Positions 49,733-60,195 of a DNA stretch of 64,000 bases are shown here, piece after piece (positions within the stretch are counted from its first letter, which is position 1; the number at the start of each line of letters is the position of its first letter). Position numbers and translations under genes: made by a program. Origin of the DNA: Nannocystales bacterium (GTDB lineage Bacteria; Myxococcota_A; Polyangia; Nannocystales; Nannocystaceae). The notes under the pieces are model-generated. The model was not told the origin of the DNA and did no database searches. It was given only the letters and a program-made list of their open reading frames with translations. The stretch is taken from the NCBI GenBank assembly GCA_050633305.1, contig JBOEGF010000063.1, forward strand, positions 1 to 64,000. The letters run 5' to 3'.

Positions 49733-52183
49733 ATGCCGCTGGCGATGCTCGATCCGATCACTCTTTGTCGTGCCCTAATTCTGCGCTCTCGCAGAGTCCC
49801 GGCGGTGCTCGCAATTCTCGCAGTCGGTGTTTTCTCGTCGACCAGCCAAGCGGGAGAACACGAGCCCGTGCCCGAGAACGATGCCGTCGACGTCGACCTC
49901 TCGGACTTCGACCCGGACGCGGATGACCGCGACGCTGACGGTGCGAGCCCCGAGGCCCCGGATGACCCGGCGGACTCCAATGCGACCAACACACCGGATC
50001 GCCCAGATGCAGCGACCTCCCCGGCAGACGCCGAGGACGAAGACAACGAATTCGATGCCGCCACGCCCACGGTTTCGATCATCGGCGAGCCGGAAGAGCA
50101 GCCACGGATCGTTGGTTCGGCGCACTCGGTCGACGAGGAGACTCTCGAGCGGGAGGAACACGACGACATCCACAGGGTCCTGCGCTCGGTCCCCGGCGTG
50201 TACGTGCGCGGCGAGGATGGCTACGGGTTGCGCCCCAACATCGGCCTGCGTGGCGCCGACCCCAACCGCAGCTCTAAAGTCACCCTCATGGAGGACGGGA
50301 TCCTGTTTGGGCCCGCCCCCTACTCCGCACCCGCGGCCTACTACTTCCCCATGACGACAAGGCTCGTCGGCGTCGAGGTCTTCAAAGGCCCAGCGACGGT
50401 CCGCTTCGGCCCGAACACAATCGGCGGGGCCGTCAACCTCCAGACCCGGGAAATCCCTCAGGACCTCGAGACGGGCGTCGATATCGCCGCCGGCACATGG
50501 GGTTACGGCAAGCTGCACGGCTTCGCTGGCAAGAGCTGGAAGCGCTTCGGCGTCCTCTTCGAAGGCGCCCGAGTTCGCGCAAGTGGGTTCAAGGACCTCG
50601 ACGGGGGCGGCGATACCGGCTTCCGCAAGAACGAGTTCATGCTCAAAGCGCGACTGCACGGCGACCCCGGCGCACGCGTGTATCAGCAGTTCGACGTGAA
50701 GTTTGGGCTCTCGACCGAGGTCTCCAACGAGACCTATCTCGGGCTGACACAAGAAGACTTCGACGACAGCCCCTACCGTCGCTACCGGGCCTCTGCACTG
50801 GACCGCATGGACTGGTGGCGCACCCAAGCGCAGGCCGCGTACTTCATGGCGACCGGCATCGTCGAGTACCAGAGCACCTTGTATCGGCACGACTTCTCGC
50901 GCGCCTGGACCAAGTTCAACCGCTTCGCCGGGACGACGGCCCCCGACCCATACTCGTTCTTTCAAGACCCCAGCGCGGGCGCCAACGGGATCCTGCTGTC
51001 TGTCCTCCGGGGCGAGTCCGACTCGACCAGCGCAGAGGAGAACCTGCTCATCGGCACCAACCAGCGGGACTTCGTCTCGCAGGGTTGGCAGAACACGCTC
51101 CGCATCTCGCCGAACACTCGGTACGTGGACCAGGTGATCGAGGTCGGCGCTCGCCTTCACTTCGACCGCGTCTCCCGGATCGAGGATGAGGACCAGTACG
51201 CGATGCTCAGCGGCTCTCCGGTGCTCGTGACGGGCACCCAGCAGCTCGTCGCCCAGAACCGAGGAGAGGCCCTCGCCGGCTCTTTTCACGTCGCGGACGA
51301 AATCCGCATCGTCGACCGGTTTACGCTCAGCCCCGGCGCCCGGGTCGAGGTGATCCGTACCGAGTTCCAAGACACCGCGCCGGACCCGGCCGTCGACCCG
51401 GAGACCATCACCTCCGTGGACACAGTGTTCCTTCCCGGCGTCGGGCTCCACGTCCAGGCGACCCCGTGGCTTGGCGTGCTGGGCGGGGTGCACTCGGGCT
51501 TCTCCCCCAAGGCGCCAGGCCGCGGCGCCTCCGTGCAAGCCGAGCGCAGCATCAACTACGAGGCAGGGCTTCGAGCCACGCACAAGGGGTTTCGCGCCGA
51601 GGGCATCGCGTTCGCCAACGACTACTCCAATCTCGTCAGCAACTGCACGTTCTCGCAAGGATGTGATTCCGCCGAAGTCGGAGCGCAGTTCAGCGGCGGC
51701 GAAGTCCTCATCGCCGGCGCCGAGTCGCTGGCTGGTTATCGAACCGACCTCGGCGGCGCCGGTTGGATCGACACCACCGCGACCTATACCTATACGTGGA
51801 CGCGATTCTCCAACACGTTCTCATCTTCCAGCCCGTTCTTGGGCGAGGTCGAACGTGGCGACAAGGTGCCGTACGTTCCGGAGCATGTCGCGTCCCTGCA
51901 ATTCGCCGGGGGCATGCGGCGCTGGGGCGGCCACGCGCAGCTCCACTTCAACGGGCAGATGAGAGACGTCCCCGGGCAAGGCGCAATCCCATCCCAAGAG
52001 CGGATCGATCGGTTCGTCACCCTCGATCTTGGCGGCAACGTCTTCATCACCCGCCGAGCGCAGATCTATCTCAACCTTGGGAACGCCACCCGTGCCAGCT
52101 ACGCGGTCTCACGACGACCGTTCGGGCTGCGGCCCGGGCAGCGCTTCTCGCTGATCGCCGGCTTCAAGCACAACTTCAGGTGA
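49733..52183 (+). CDS. TonB-dependent receptor (FecA-like)
   Basis: EDGYGLRPNIGLRG, APYSAPAAYYFP, EVFKGP, terminal aromatic beta strand. Confidence 0.93.
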   Translation: MPLAMLDPITLCRALILRSRRVPAVLAILAVGVFSSTSQAGEHEPVPENDAVDVDLSDFDPDADDRDADGASPEAPDDPADSNATNTPDRPDAATSPADAEDEDNEFDAATPTVSIIGEPEEQPRIVGSAHSVDEETLEREEHDDIHRVLRSVPGVYVRGEDGYGLRPNIGLRGADPNRSSKVTLMEDGILFGPAPYSAPAAYYFPMTTRLVGVEVFKGPATVRFGPNTIGGAVNLQTREIPQDLETGVDIAAGTWGYGKLHGFAGKSWKRFGVLFEGARVRASGFKDLDGGGDTGFRKNEFMLKARLHGDPGARVYQQFDVKFGLSTEVSNETYLGLTQEDFDDSPYRRYRASALDRMDWWRTQAQAAYFMATGIVEYQSTLYRHDFSRAWTKFNRFAGTTAPDPYSFFQDPSAGANGILLSVLRGESDSTSAEENLLIGTNQRDFVSQGWQNTLRISPNTRYVDQVIEVGARLHFDRVSRIEDEDQYAMLSGSPVLVTGTQQLVAQNRGEALAGSFHVADEIRIVDRFTLSPGARVEVIRTEFQDTAPDPAVDPETITSVDTVFLPGVGLHVQATPWLGVLGGVHSGFSPKAPGRGASVQAERSINYEAGLRATHKGFRAEGIAFANDYSNLVSNCTFSQGCDSAEVGAQFSGGEVLIAGAESLAGYRTDLGGAGWIDTTATYTYTWTRFSNTFSSSSPFLGEVERGDKVPYVPEHVASLQFAGGMRRWGGHAQLHFNGQMRDVPGQGAIPSQERIDRFVTLDLGGNVFITRRAQIYLNLGNATRASYAVSRRPFGLRPGQRFSLIAGFKHNFR

Positions 52184-52305
52184 GCGTCCGGGACCCCCTG
52201 GGTCACTCGCAGTCGATGCCGTCGCGCGAGATGACGGGTCGGGACCACATCGGTCCGAAAAGGTGCGAGCACCACCGGCGAAGCGCTCCTGAATCCCTAG
52301 AAGGC

Positions 52306-52545
52306 GTGCGTCGAGCTGGCCGATGTCGGAGAAGACTGCCGCTTTCTCGATGGCGCGCTGGGCTGTCCCCGGCCGCGTAGTGCGGCGAGCAGCAATACGA
52401 AATCCCGCTGGAGGGTGGTGCAGCCCGCAGCATGCCCAGGGATGAATGCGCGCTGGGAAGCAGCTGCCAGGAGGGCGTCTGCGCCGAGACCGACGCCGAG
52501 CCGAGCTGACCGCAAGTACCGAGGAGGTGCCAGCCTCGCTTCTAG
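52306..52545 (+). pseudogene. 3' remnant of Cys-rich lipoprotein paralog
   Basis: Diverged direct repeat of 53657-53896; CVELADVGEDCRF. Confidence 0.65.
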
Positions 52546-53072
52546 GCATCCCATTCCGAAGCGCTTCCGCACTTCAGCATCGACTTGCCCATGTAGGGGT
52601 TCTCAAGGTTCGCGTCGCGCTGAACCCACTTGCCGTAGGCCGGTGCCATCGGGCACTCGAAGACGTGGAGGGTCTGGCGAAGCTCTGAGTGTTTGGACAG
52701 AGCGCTGATCAACGCGTGGCTAACACCTCCAAATGCCTTACGCACGGCATCCGCATCGCCGGAGGGGGCCTTCGCAAGCGACTCCGATGCGGATGCCAGA
52801 GCGTCCAACGACGCCGTCCTCGCGGCACTGCGAAGTGCCGATGCACCCGAGGTCGCCATACCCAAATCGTCCCCGGCCAGTGCGGCCCGGACGCTCTCGT
52901 ACGCATCGACGACCGGCTCCAGCTCTAGCTCCGCTTCTGCCTTGGTCTCGGTGACTTCCGCATCCTTTTCGCTCCTCGTAGCGGATTCCTTGTCGCAACC
53001 GGCGGTGAGAACGAGTGACGTGGCGAAGATGATGTTCGGGATAGACCACGTTGACTTCCTTTGAGCGGACAT
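52542..53072 (-). CDS. DUF3347-like lipoprotein
   Basis: LTAGC lipobox, YESVRAALAGDD, CPM, W, NPYMGKSMLKCG. Confidence 0.85.
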   Translation of the reverse strand: MSAQRKSTWSIPNIIFATSLVLTAGCDKESATRSEKDAEVTETKAEAELELEPVVDAYESVRAALAGDDLGMATSGASALRSAARTASLDALASASESLAKAPSGDADAVRKAFGGVSHALISALSKHSELRQTLHVFECPMAPAYGKWVQRDANLENPYMGKSMLKCGSASEWDA

Positions 53073-53259
53073 GCGACAACATGTCGCATGCTGGCCTGCC
53101 TCGCAACCGCGGCCATCGATGCAGGTCGCACGCCGCTCCGTGGAGGCTCTTGTCGAAAAACCTCCAATCAAATCGGAGCGCACACAAGAATCCGCAGATC
53201 GAAGCTTTGGGAGTAGCTGGGACGCAGTGACTCGAAGTGTGGCAGCACGGCGCATCCGT

Positions 53260-53896
53260 TGGCGCCGCAATACTGCCGTAGCGACTCCGCAAGCGGCAGA
53301 GCACCGCGCCTCGCATGGGTCGACTCGCCTGAGCCACGCTCCAATCTCGGCGTCGGCGAGGACTGCCGACCCGAGGGCCTAGGCGAGAGCCACTCCGATC
53401 TCTGCAGCCCAAGAGGATTCGTGTCCGACTGCGAGCCGGGTCTCGTCTGCGTTAGCTTCCATGGCGGTGCGGCTTGCGCGACGCCGGGACCACTCCAAGC
53501 CGGAGACGTTTTGCGACGACCTCTCGCTGACTCGGCGGTGCGGGGACAGCCTCATGTGCGGTGACCGCTTCGAATGTGTTCCCCTCTCAGGGCTGGGAGA
53601 GGCTGCGAGGACATCCGCTGCAGCGACGACCGGACCTGTCGCCCGGTCGACAAGTTGTGCGTCGAGCTGGCCGAACTCGGAGAGGACTGCCGCTTCCCCG
53701 ATGGCGCGCTGCGCTGTGTCCAGACCGCGTGGTGCGGCGCCGAGTAGTGCGAGGTCCCGCTTGAGGATGGCGCAGCCTGCAGTACGTCCCGGGATGGGTG
53801 CACGCTCGGAAGCTGCTGCCAGGAGGGCGTAGTGCCGAGACCGACGATGAGCCGATCTGCCCGCAGAAACCGAGGACGTACCAACCCGGATTCTAG
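53260..53896 (+). pseudogene. Degraded Cys-rich lipoprotein paralog of 54977..55933
   Basis: NLGVGEDCR, VSDCEPGLVC, GEDCRFPD with frameshifts and stops. Confidence 0.7.
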
Positions 53897-54678
53897 CACT
53901 CGGCGAGGCCGAGCTCTCCCCAGGCGTGGGCGCAGTTGTGATCCGCAAGCGCCGGGTTACCGGCGACGGACTCGCAGAACCCCTGCCAACACGAAATCTC
54001 TTCTGCGGTTCGGGTGGCACACTCGGTGTGGCAGGCGTCCGAGGACTCGAACGGGTAGCCGACCACCGCCGAACATGCCGGCTCGAGGCAGGCGCACCAG
54101 TCCAGGCATTCCTGGGACACGTCATCGCCACCCGAGGATGAGGAGGACGCATCGGACCCGGTTGTCGGAGGGTCGCCCCCGCTGCTGCCAGTGTCCGCAC
54201 CCGACGTGGCGGCTCCGGTGCTTCCGGCGCTCGGATCGCCGGTGGCTTCGGTCCCCGCGTCGCCGGTACTGCCTCCTTGTCCGGAAGTCTCGGTGAGGCT
54301 TGTCGTCCCGGGCGCGCCGCTGCAGGTGGGTGCGGTTCCCTCGTGAAGCCGAAGGACGTGGTCGCGCGTGCCCAGCATGCCCATCTCGTCCAAGATGTCG
54401 GAGAACGCGGGCATCCCGTTGGCCGGTCGCCCATCACGAACCGCCGCCATCCATTCGGCCTCCGACGGATGCAGCTCTCCCGCTGCCAGGAGGTTCGTGG
54501 GTGGCGGTTCCAGGTGCGTCCCGTGCGGGCCATCGCCGTGGCCCGCCACGCCGTGACACCCCACGCAGTTCTCTGCGTACAGCTCACAGTCGCGCTGCGC
54601 GGCAGCGAGATCGACATCGTCGGAGGAGGTCGTGCAGCCGACCGTCACAAGCGCACAGAACAGAAGCCACCGGGTCAT
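53893..54678 (-). CDS. c-type cytochrome lipoprotein with Cys-rich C-terminal domain
   Basis: VTVGC lipobox, CVGCHG, GMPAF, Ser/Thr/Gly linker. Confidence 0.85.
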   Translation of the reverse strand: MTRWLLFCALVTVGCTTSSDDVDLAAAQRDCELYAENCVGCHGVAGHGDGPHGTHLEPPPTNLLAAGELHPSEAEWMAAVRDGRPANGMPAFSDILDEMGMLGTRDHVLRLHEGTAPTCSGAPGTTSLTETSGQGGSTGDAGTEATGDPSAGSTGAATSGADTGSSGGDPPTTGSDASSSSSGGDDVSQECLDWCACLEPACSAVVGYPFESSDACHTECATRTAEEISCWQGFCESVAGNPALADHNCAHAWGELGLAEC

Positions 54679-54976
54679 GAGCGATGAGTATCGCGCCGGC
54701 AGAAGATGCGCAGCCCTGCGGCGAAGCGGTGGACCATCCACTTGCCTTTCGATGCGCTTCAGTGGCCCTGGGTTGAGGCCAAGATTGAGCCCCGGACGCG
54801 AACCACGGGAATCTCGCTGAAACGGAACCGGACTGTGTTGTGTCGCGAGCGCGGTCTCCGATGCGAGACGGGACATCCAGGTCGTTGGATCAGGCGACAA
54901 GGTCGTGTGCATTCGCACGGTGCAAGATAGACACTAGGCAGTAGGCGGTGGTGCGATCCTTGCATCGATCCGCCCC

Positions 54977-55933
54977 GTGCGATTCCGTGTTCTGGCCGCG
55001 ACCCTGACTTCGTCCCTCCTTGCGGTCACCGGATGTGCCGGCGAAACCGAGACCGACGATGTGCGCGGACTGGCCGCTGCGATGTGTGGCCGCTACTTCG
55101 GCTGCGGCTGTGACGCGGAGTTCGACCAAGCCACCTGCGAAGCAGGGCACGAGCGCTCGCTCTTGGCCCTCGAAGAACGAGCCGCGGAGTCACCAGACGC
55201 CGAGGTCGATGCGGAGTGCTTGCGGGAGCAGGCACGGTGCTGGCAGCAGACCGAGTGTGGGGTTGGGGCTGATGACCCGCGACCGTGCGAGGTGGACTGC
55301 GTGGTGTTCCGCCTGAACCTTGGACCGGGTGAAAACTGCCGGTTGCCGACGGAGTCTTCGGGCTTCGAGGCACTCGTCTCGACGTGCAGAGATGGGCTGA
55401 CCTGTCAGGGCGGGCACGGCTACGCGGTCTGCGACGACGAGACCCCGCTCGCACAGGGGGATGCCTGCGATGAGCGCGGAGGCCACCGGCGCTGCGGGCC
55501 CGGTCTGTTCTGCGACGATGACGGCGTTGGCCAGTGCGTCGCCTCCCTCGAACTCGAAGAGGGCAGTGCGTGCGCCTCGGGCAACAGCTGTGCCGCCGGA
55601 CTGACTTGCGCTGAAGAAACCTGCCGGGCGCCAAGGGGCGAGGGCGAGAGTTGCATGGGCACCCCCTGCGCCTCCGAACTCACCTGTCACCCGGATCAAC
55701 AGACGTGCGTTGCGCCGCTGAGCCTGGGGCAAACATGTCGCTTCCCCGACGCGTACAACCTCCCCTGCATCTCGGAAACCTATTGCGGTGACGAGGTCTG
55801 CGAGCTTCGCGAGGCCGTGGGCTCCCCGTGCGAGGGCTGGTTTGACAGCAGATGCGTGCAAGGCAGCTACTGCGATGACGGAGCCTGTACGCCTATCGAC
55901 CGCGTGTGCTCTTCCCTTCCAGCCCCGTACTGA
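54977..55933 (+). CDS. Cys-rich repeat lipoprotein
   Basis: AVTGC lipobox, repeated GxxC...CxxGLxC units. Confidence 0.85.
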   Translation: MRFRVLAATLTSSLLAVTGCAGETETDDVRGLAAAMCGRYFGCGCDAEFDQATCEAGHERSLLALEERAAESPDAEVDAECLREQARCWQQTECGVGADDPRPCEVDCVVFRLNLGPGENCRLPTESSGFEALVSTCRDGLTCQGGHGYAVCDDETPLAQGDACDERGGHRRCGPGLFCDDDGVGQCVASLELEEGSACASGNSCAAGLTCAEETCRAPRGEGESCMGTPCASELTCHPDQQTCVAPLSLGQTCRFPDAYNLPCISETYCGDEVCELREAVGSPCEGWFDSRCVQGSYCDDGACTPIDRVCSSLPAPY

Positions 55934-56061
55934 GAACGCTAGCCCTGCCCCGGACGACGGCTCCCCTTCCCTGCTCCCCGAGACATCGTTCACAAAAAAC
56001 GCACGTTCGCGTGCGGGAGAAACGAATTCCCAAGTCGCTGGTCCTCCCCCACCCTACAGAC

Positions 56062-56748
56062 ATGGTGCCCCGTGCGTTGCTGATGTTGAGTGCTGCGATG
56101 GGGATTGCGTGCGGACCCGCCGTCTCCACGCCGAAAGGGGCACACGCTGACGGGACGTCGGACGGAGCCGGTTCGAGCACCGGCGGGTCCGACTCCTGGT
56201 CCGACAGCTCCTCGGACTCGGGCAGTCTCGGGGACTGGGACTGGTCACCGGAGTGCATCGCGGGGCTCGAGGCTGGGCCCGCGGATGCCGAGCAAGCCGC
56301 CCAGCTTCTCTTTCGGCTGCTCGACGAGGCGCGACACCACACCCAACGCGTGCAGGAGCGCGTGGCGGTGAGCGACGGACTTGGCACGGACCCACACGCG
56401 TACAACGATCCGATCACCTTCTTCTCGGGGTCTCTGCGCGCGACCGGTTCGATCACAATCGAGCCGTTCGGGAGCTTCGCGTCCGCGCACACGATCGAGT
56501 TCTCCTGCTACGATGGTGGGCACGGCGCCTTCGGTCCCAGCGGCTTGGACGGTCGTCTCGAGATCGTGGTGGAGGGCGTCACCAACGTCGCCGACGCTCG
56601 GGTCTCGGTGGCCGGAGCCGCGCGGCTGGGCGGAGGGGATGCGTTGGAGCCGACGTCGCCCATGGATATCGTGGTGGAGTTCTCCACGTTCTCCGGCCGC
56701 GAGGTGGTCAGCGGAACGATCGCCGGCCACGACGCCGCCGCGCTGTAG
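56062..56748 (+). CDS. Hypothetical lipoprotein
   Basis: GIAC lipobox, Ser/Gly linker, CYDGGHGAFGPS motif shared with the paralog at 58488. Confidence 0.75.
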   Translation: MVPRALLMLSAAMGIACGPAVSTPKGAHADGTSDGAGSSTGGSDSWSDSSSDSGSLGDWDWSPECIAGLEAGPADAEQAAQLLFRLLDEARHHTQRVQERVAVSDGLGTDPHAYNDPITFFSGSLRATGSITIEPFGSFASAHTIEFSCYDGGHGAFGPSGLDGRLEIVVEGVTNVADARVSVAGAARLGGGDALEPTSPMDIVVEFSTFSGREVVSGTIAGHDAAAL

Positions 56749-56827
56749 GCTCGTCTTGCCCATCGCGAGTGGCGCGGTCGCGGCACCCAGATCGTCGTAG
56801 AGCCTCCAGGAACACGGCGATGTGTGC

Positions 56828-58309
56828 TCAGCTCCGCGAGGGCGCCCAATCGTCGTCGTGGACCTCGACGAGCGTCATCATGCCCGACTCGGCGTGCTCC
56901 AGAATGTGGCAGTGGACCATCCACTTGCCGATATCGGTCGGGACCATGCCGAGGTCGACGGTCTCGCGCCCTCGGACAAGCACGGTGTCTCGGAAGAAGG
57001 GTTCATCCACCGGCACACCGTTGCGCGCGAGCACCCGGAAGAACGTTCCGTGCATGTGGATCGGATGCAGACGGCCTGACTCGTTGGAGAACCGCACCCG
57101 ATGAAAGCGGTGCCGGACGAGGTCTATCGAGATCGTGTGTGCGTCGTGCCCGGTGAAGGGCTGGTTGTCGAACATCCACTCGATGCCGTGCTCTCCTCCG
57201 CGCCGTGCATTCATCCGGTAGTCATGGTGCACGGGCTGTTCGAGTCCCCCTGTCCAACGGGGCACATGTGCGGCGGCCGGCGATTCGAACTGCGGCGTGT
57301 CGACCGGCTCGCCATCGATCTCGATCGACCCGAGCACATGTGGCCGTGAGGGCGAGAATAGATCCGAGACCGGGACCCGTTCGCTCACCAGATCGAACGT
57401 GATGTCGACGTCGAGCCGGTTGCCCGGTGCCATCTCGAACCGGGGCATCTCGATCGGCGCGCGTAGATACTTGCCATCGACCGCGAGCAGTTTGGGCCGC
57501 AGCGACCCGAAGTGCGGCACCACGGCGCGTCCGTTGGCGCAGTTGAGCATCCGCAAGCGAATACGCTCGCCCGGACGGACCCGGAGCACCTCGTCGCTGC
57601 GTCCGTTGACCGTCCGCATGCGCCCCCATCGCCCGTCGTGTGCGAGGTCGTGCCGCGTGTTGAACTTTCCATCGATCTGCCCCGTGGGATCGAGGCGCCA
57701 ATCGTCGAGGACCCACAGCACGTCCTGCGAATACGGGTCGGGGACGGGATCCTCGACGATCAACACCCCGACCAGGCCGCGCTCGACCTGCTCGCTGCCG
57801 CGCACGTGCGGGTGGAACCAGTAGGTGCCGGCATCCTTCGGTGTGAACTCGTAGTCGAACGTCCCGCCAGGTTCGACCGGCGGCTGCGTGACATGGGGGA
57901 CGCCATCCATCGCGTTGGGGACCCGCACCCCATGCCAATGGATCGTCGTCGACATCGGCAGCCGATTGACGAAGCGAGCCTTGAGCGTGTCCCCAAGCCG
58001 GATCCGAAGCGTGGGACCGGGGACCTGACCGTTGTATGCCCACACCTGCATCGCAGGCTGCTCACCGACCTCAAGCGTGGTCGGCCCCGCGACGAGTTCC
58101 ACCTCATGCACCCGGCCGGTCGCCGCCATCTCGTCTGGGTAGGCGCCCTGGAACTCGGCAAGCAGACGGTCCTGGGCGGTCAAGGCTCGCGCCGGGGCCG
58201 GACCCGGCGACGGCTGACCACACCCAATGGGCACAAGTGCGGCCCCAACAGCGGCGCTGAACCTTCTGCGCGTCCACGGCACGGCGACGCCGTCATCTCG
58301 CTCGCTCAT
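56828..58309 (-). CDS. Multicopper oxidase (likely Tat-exported lipoprotein)
   Basis: TRRRF signal, HWHG, WFHPH, HPIHMHG, HCHILEHAESGM. Confidence 0.95.
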   Translation of the reverse strand: MSERDDGVAVPWTRRRFSAAVGAALVPIGCGQPSPGPAPARALTAQDRLLAEFQGAYPDEMAATGRVHEVELVAGPTTLEVGEQPAMQVWAYNGQVPGPTLRIRLGDTLKARFVNRLPMSTTIHWHGVRVPNAMDGVPHVTQPPVEPGGTFDYEFTPKDAGTYWFHPHVRGSEQVERGLVGVLIVEDPVPDPYSQDVLWVLDDWRLDPTGQIDGKFNTRHDLAHDGRWGRMRTVNGRSDEVLRVRPGERIRLRMLNCANGRAVVPHFGSLRPKLLAVDGKYLRAPIEMPRFEMAPGNRLDVDITFDLVSERVPVSDLFSPSRPHVLGSIEIDGEPVDTPQFESPAAAHVPRWTGGLEQPVHHDYRMNARRGGEHGIEWMFDNQPFTGHDAHTISIDLVRHRFHRVRFSNESGRLHPIHMHGTFFRVLARNGVPVDEPFFRDTVLVRGRETVDLGMVPTDIGKWMVHCHILEHAESGMMTLVEVHDDDWAPSRS

Positions 58310-58487
58310 GGCTCACTCCTGACCGGGGAGCTGCCCTCCGACAGCGCGCTCGAGATCCGCGAGTGCGATGAGGCCCCAGCATTTGAGCCGGCAGTCGGTT
58401 GTTTAGAGCGCTTCGTCACCATCCCATGCGACAATGTGTCGCATGCAACGACGGGATGCAACCGCCAGACCCTGGGAAGCTCTGACG

Positions 58488-59266
58488 ATGTTCCACCACG
58501 CAGCGGTTCCGTCTTGGATTCGGCGTTGTGGTCCTGTTCTACGGCTGCGTCGGCCGCGACCTCGCGAGCGGCTCGGCTGGAGATGGCGGCGGCACGACCG
58601 ACAACGCGATGCCGCCGGGCTCGACGTCGGGGGCCGGAGTCTCGACCGACTTCAACGACGGGACCGGCCCATCCAGCCCAAGCGAGAGCGGCGTATCCAG
58701 CGGAGCAGAGACCGGCGACACAACCGACGACCGCCCGCCTCGCCCTCAACCGCCGCCACCCACATGGTCCGAGAAGCTGCCTCGATGGAATCGATGGCGA
58801 GCCCCTGGACGCCCAACTCGCCACCCCGCTCCGATACCGGCTCGACGACGAACTCTCCCACCACGTAGAGCGAGTGCGAGTGCACGCGGCGACGCTGGTG
58901 ACTCCGGGCTCCCACGAGTTCGACTACGACGACTCCACTGAGACCGATGGCTTGACGGCCACCGGCATGCTCACCATCGACGGTGCCGGAGTCGAAGCCC
59001 AGCATCGCCTGTACTTCCAATGCTACGCGGGCGGGCACGGAGGCTTCGGCCCCTCGGCGGTCGACGGCCTCGTCGATGTCACGATCCAGGCCCCGACGGG
59101 ACGCGCCGATACGTATGTCGTCACCGTGCTGGGCGAGGCCCGGCTCGGCGGCGGCACTGCGTTGAGTCCGAGCGTGCCAGCACTTGCCGGCTACACCGTC
59201 TTGTCGGAGGACCGGCAGAGGACGTACACCGAGATGCTCGGCCCGTTCGACGTCAGCACCTTGTAG
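58488..59266 (+). pseudogene. Frameshifted paralog of 56062..56748
   Basis: FYGC lipobox in one frame; SCLDG...CYAGGHGGFGPS...ARLGGG in another. Confidence 0.7.
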
Positions 59267-59281
59267 CGGACTGCGGGTCGT

Positions 59282-60145
59282 TCACTTGTGACCATGGCCT
59301 TTGTCACCATGGCTCGCTTCGCCGTGAAATCCAGCGTCCTTGGCGACTGCGAATGCTCGGGCCCAACTCGCGATCAAAGCCATCTCGTCCGGCGAAAGAC
59401 TCCCAGGTGCAGACTTCGGCATCGTGGCCCCGCGTCCGGACTGCCCCAGCGAACGAAGGACCTCTTGGTCGATCTCGGCTGCGTGATGGCCCCCAAACGG
59501 ATAGCTCGACATGTCGAAGTGGGCCGCAGCCTTCTCGCTCCACTGCGCCCCACCCCGAGCATGGCAACCACCGCAGTGCTTCGCAAAAACCTCTTTCGCC
59601 GCCTTGTACGTCGCGACCTCAGCGGCGACCTGCGGAGGCCGGGGTGCCGCGCGGGGTCGAGATGACCAGTGAATGTGCTCGATGAGGTACTGCGTGCCCT
59701 CGTAGCGCAGCACGAACGTGACGGTCCCCCTGCTCTCGATCTCGCGTCCGTCCTTCAGCTCGATGTCGTACTCGATCGGCAGCGTGACGGAGGCGAGCGA
59801 ACGGTCGGTGCTGAGACTTACCTGCGGGTCTCCCGAGCGGATGTCGAACTCCGCAAACATCGCGACCTCCGGGCCGAGGTGATGTTCCCGATAGTGCGAC
59901 CATGACCCCTCATCGCCTCCGGACTCGAACACGACCGACTCGTCCGTCACGAGCAGGGCCGCAGCATCGAGGTCGCCCGCCGCGTTCGCCTCAAGGTAGA
60001 GGCGAACCACCGCGAACGGGTCATTCGTCGGCACAGTTGCGGTGACGGGCTCGGGACATCGGACTGCATCGCTCGAAGCCTGAGGCGCGCACGCCAACAA
60101 CAACAGCGACAGGGCGAGGGCGAGATGCGAACCTTGGGATCCCAT
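59282..60145 (-). CDS. Lipoprotein: NTF2/SnoaL-like domain fused to a c-type cytochrome domain
   Basis: LLAC lipobox, YREHHLGPE, IEHIHWSSR, CGGCH, TMP, His-rich tail. Confidence 0.82.
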   Translation of the reverse strand: MGSQGSHLALALSLLLLACAPQASSDAVRCPEPVTATVPTNDPFAVVRLYLEANAAGDLDAAALLVTDESVVFESGGDEGSWSHYREHHLGPEVAMFAEFDIRSGDPQVSLSTDRSLASVTLPIEYDIELKDGREIESRGTVTFVLRYEGTQYLIEHIHWSSRPRAAPRPPQVAAEVATYKAAKEVFAKHCGGCHARGGAQWSEKAAAHFDMSSYPFGGHHAAEIDQEVLRSLGQSGRGATMPKSAPGSLSPDEMALIASWARAFAVAKDAGFHGEASHGDKGHGHK

Positions 60146-60195
60146 GCGACGGCGAGGCTAGCACCTTGCGGATCCCGGGTTCGGAGCCACCCGGA

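Noticed and set aside
49775..51658. Long antisense or alternate-frame ORFs (also 12186..13757, 42532..44028, 60166..62010)
   Set aside because: Shadow frames of real genes, expected from high-GC codon bias.
52306..55933. Diversity-generating retroelement TR/VR pair
   Set aside because: Mismatches are not adenine-specific and there is no reverse transcriptase in the window.
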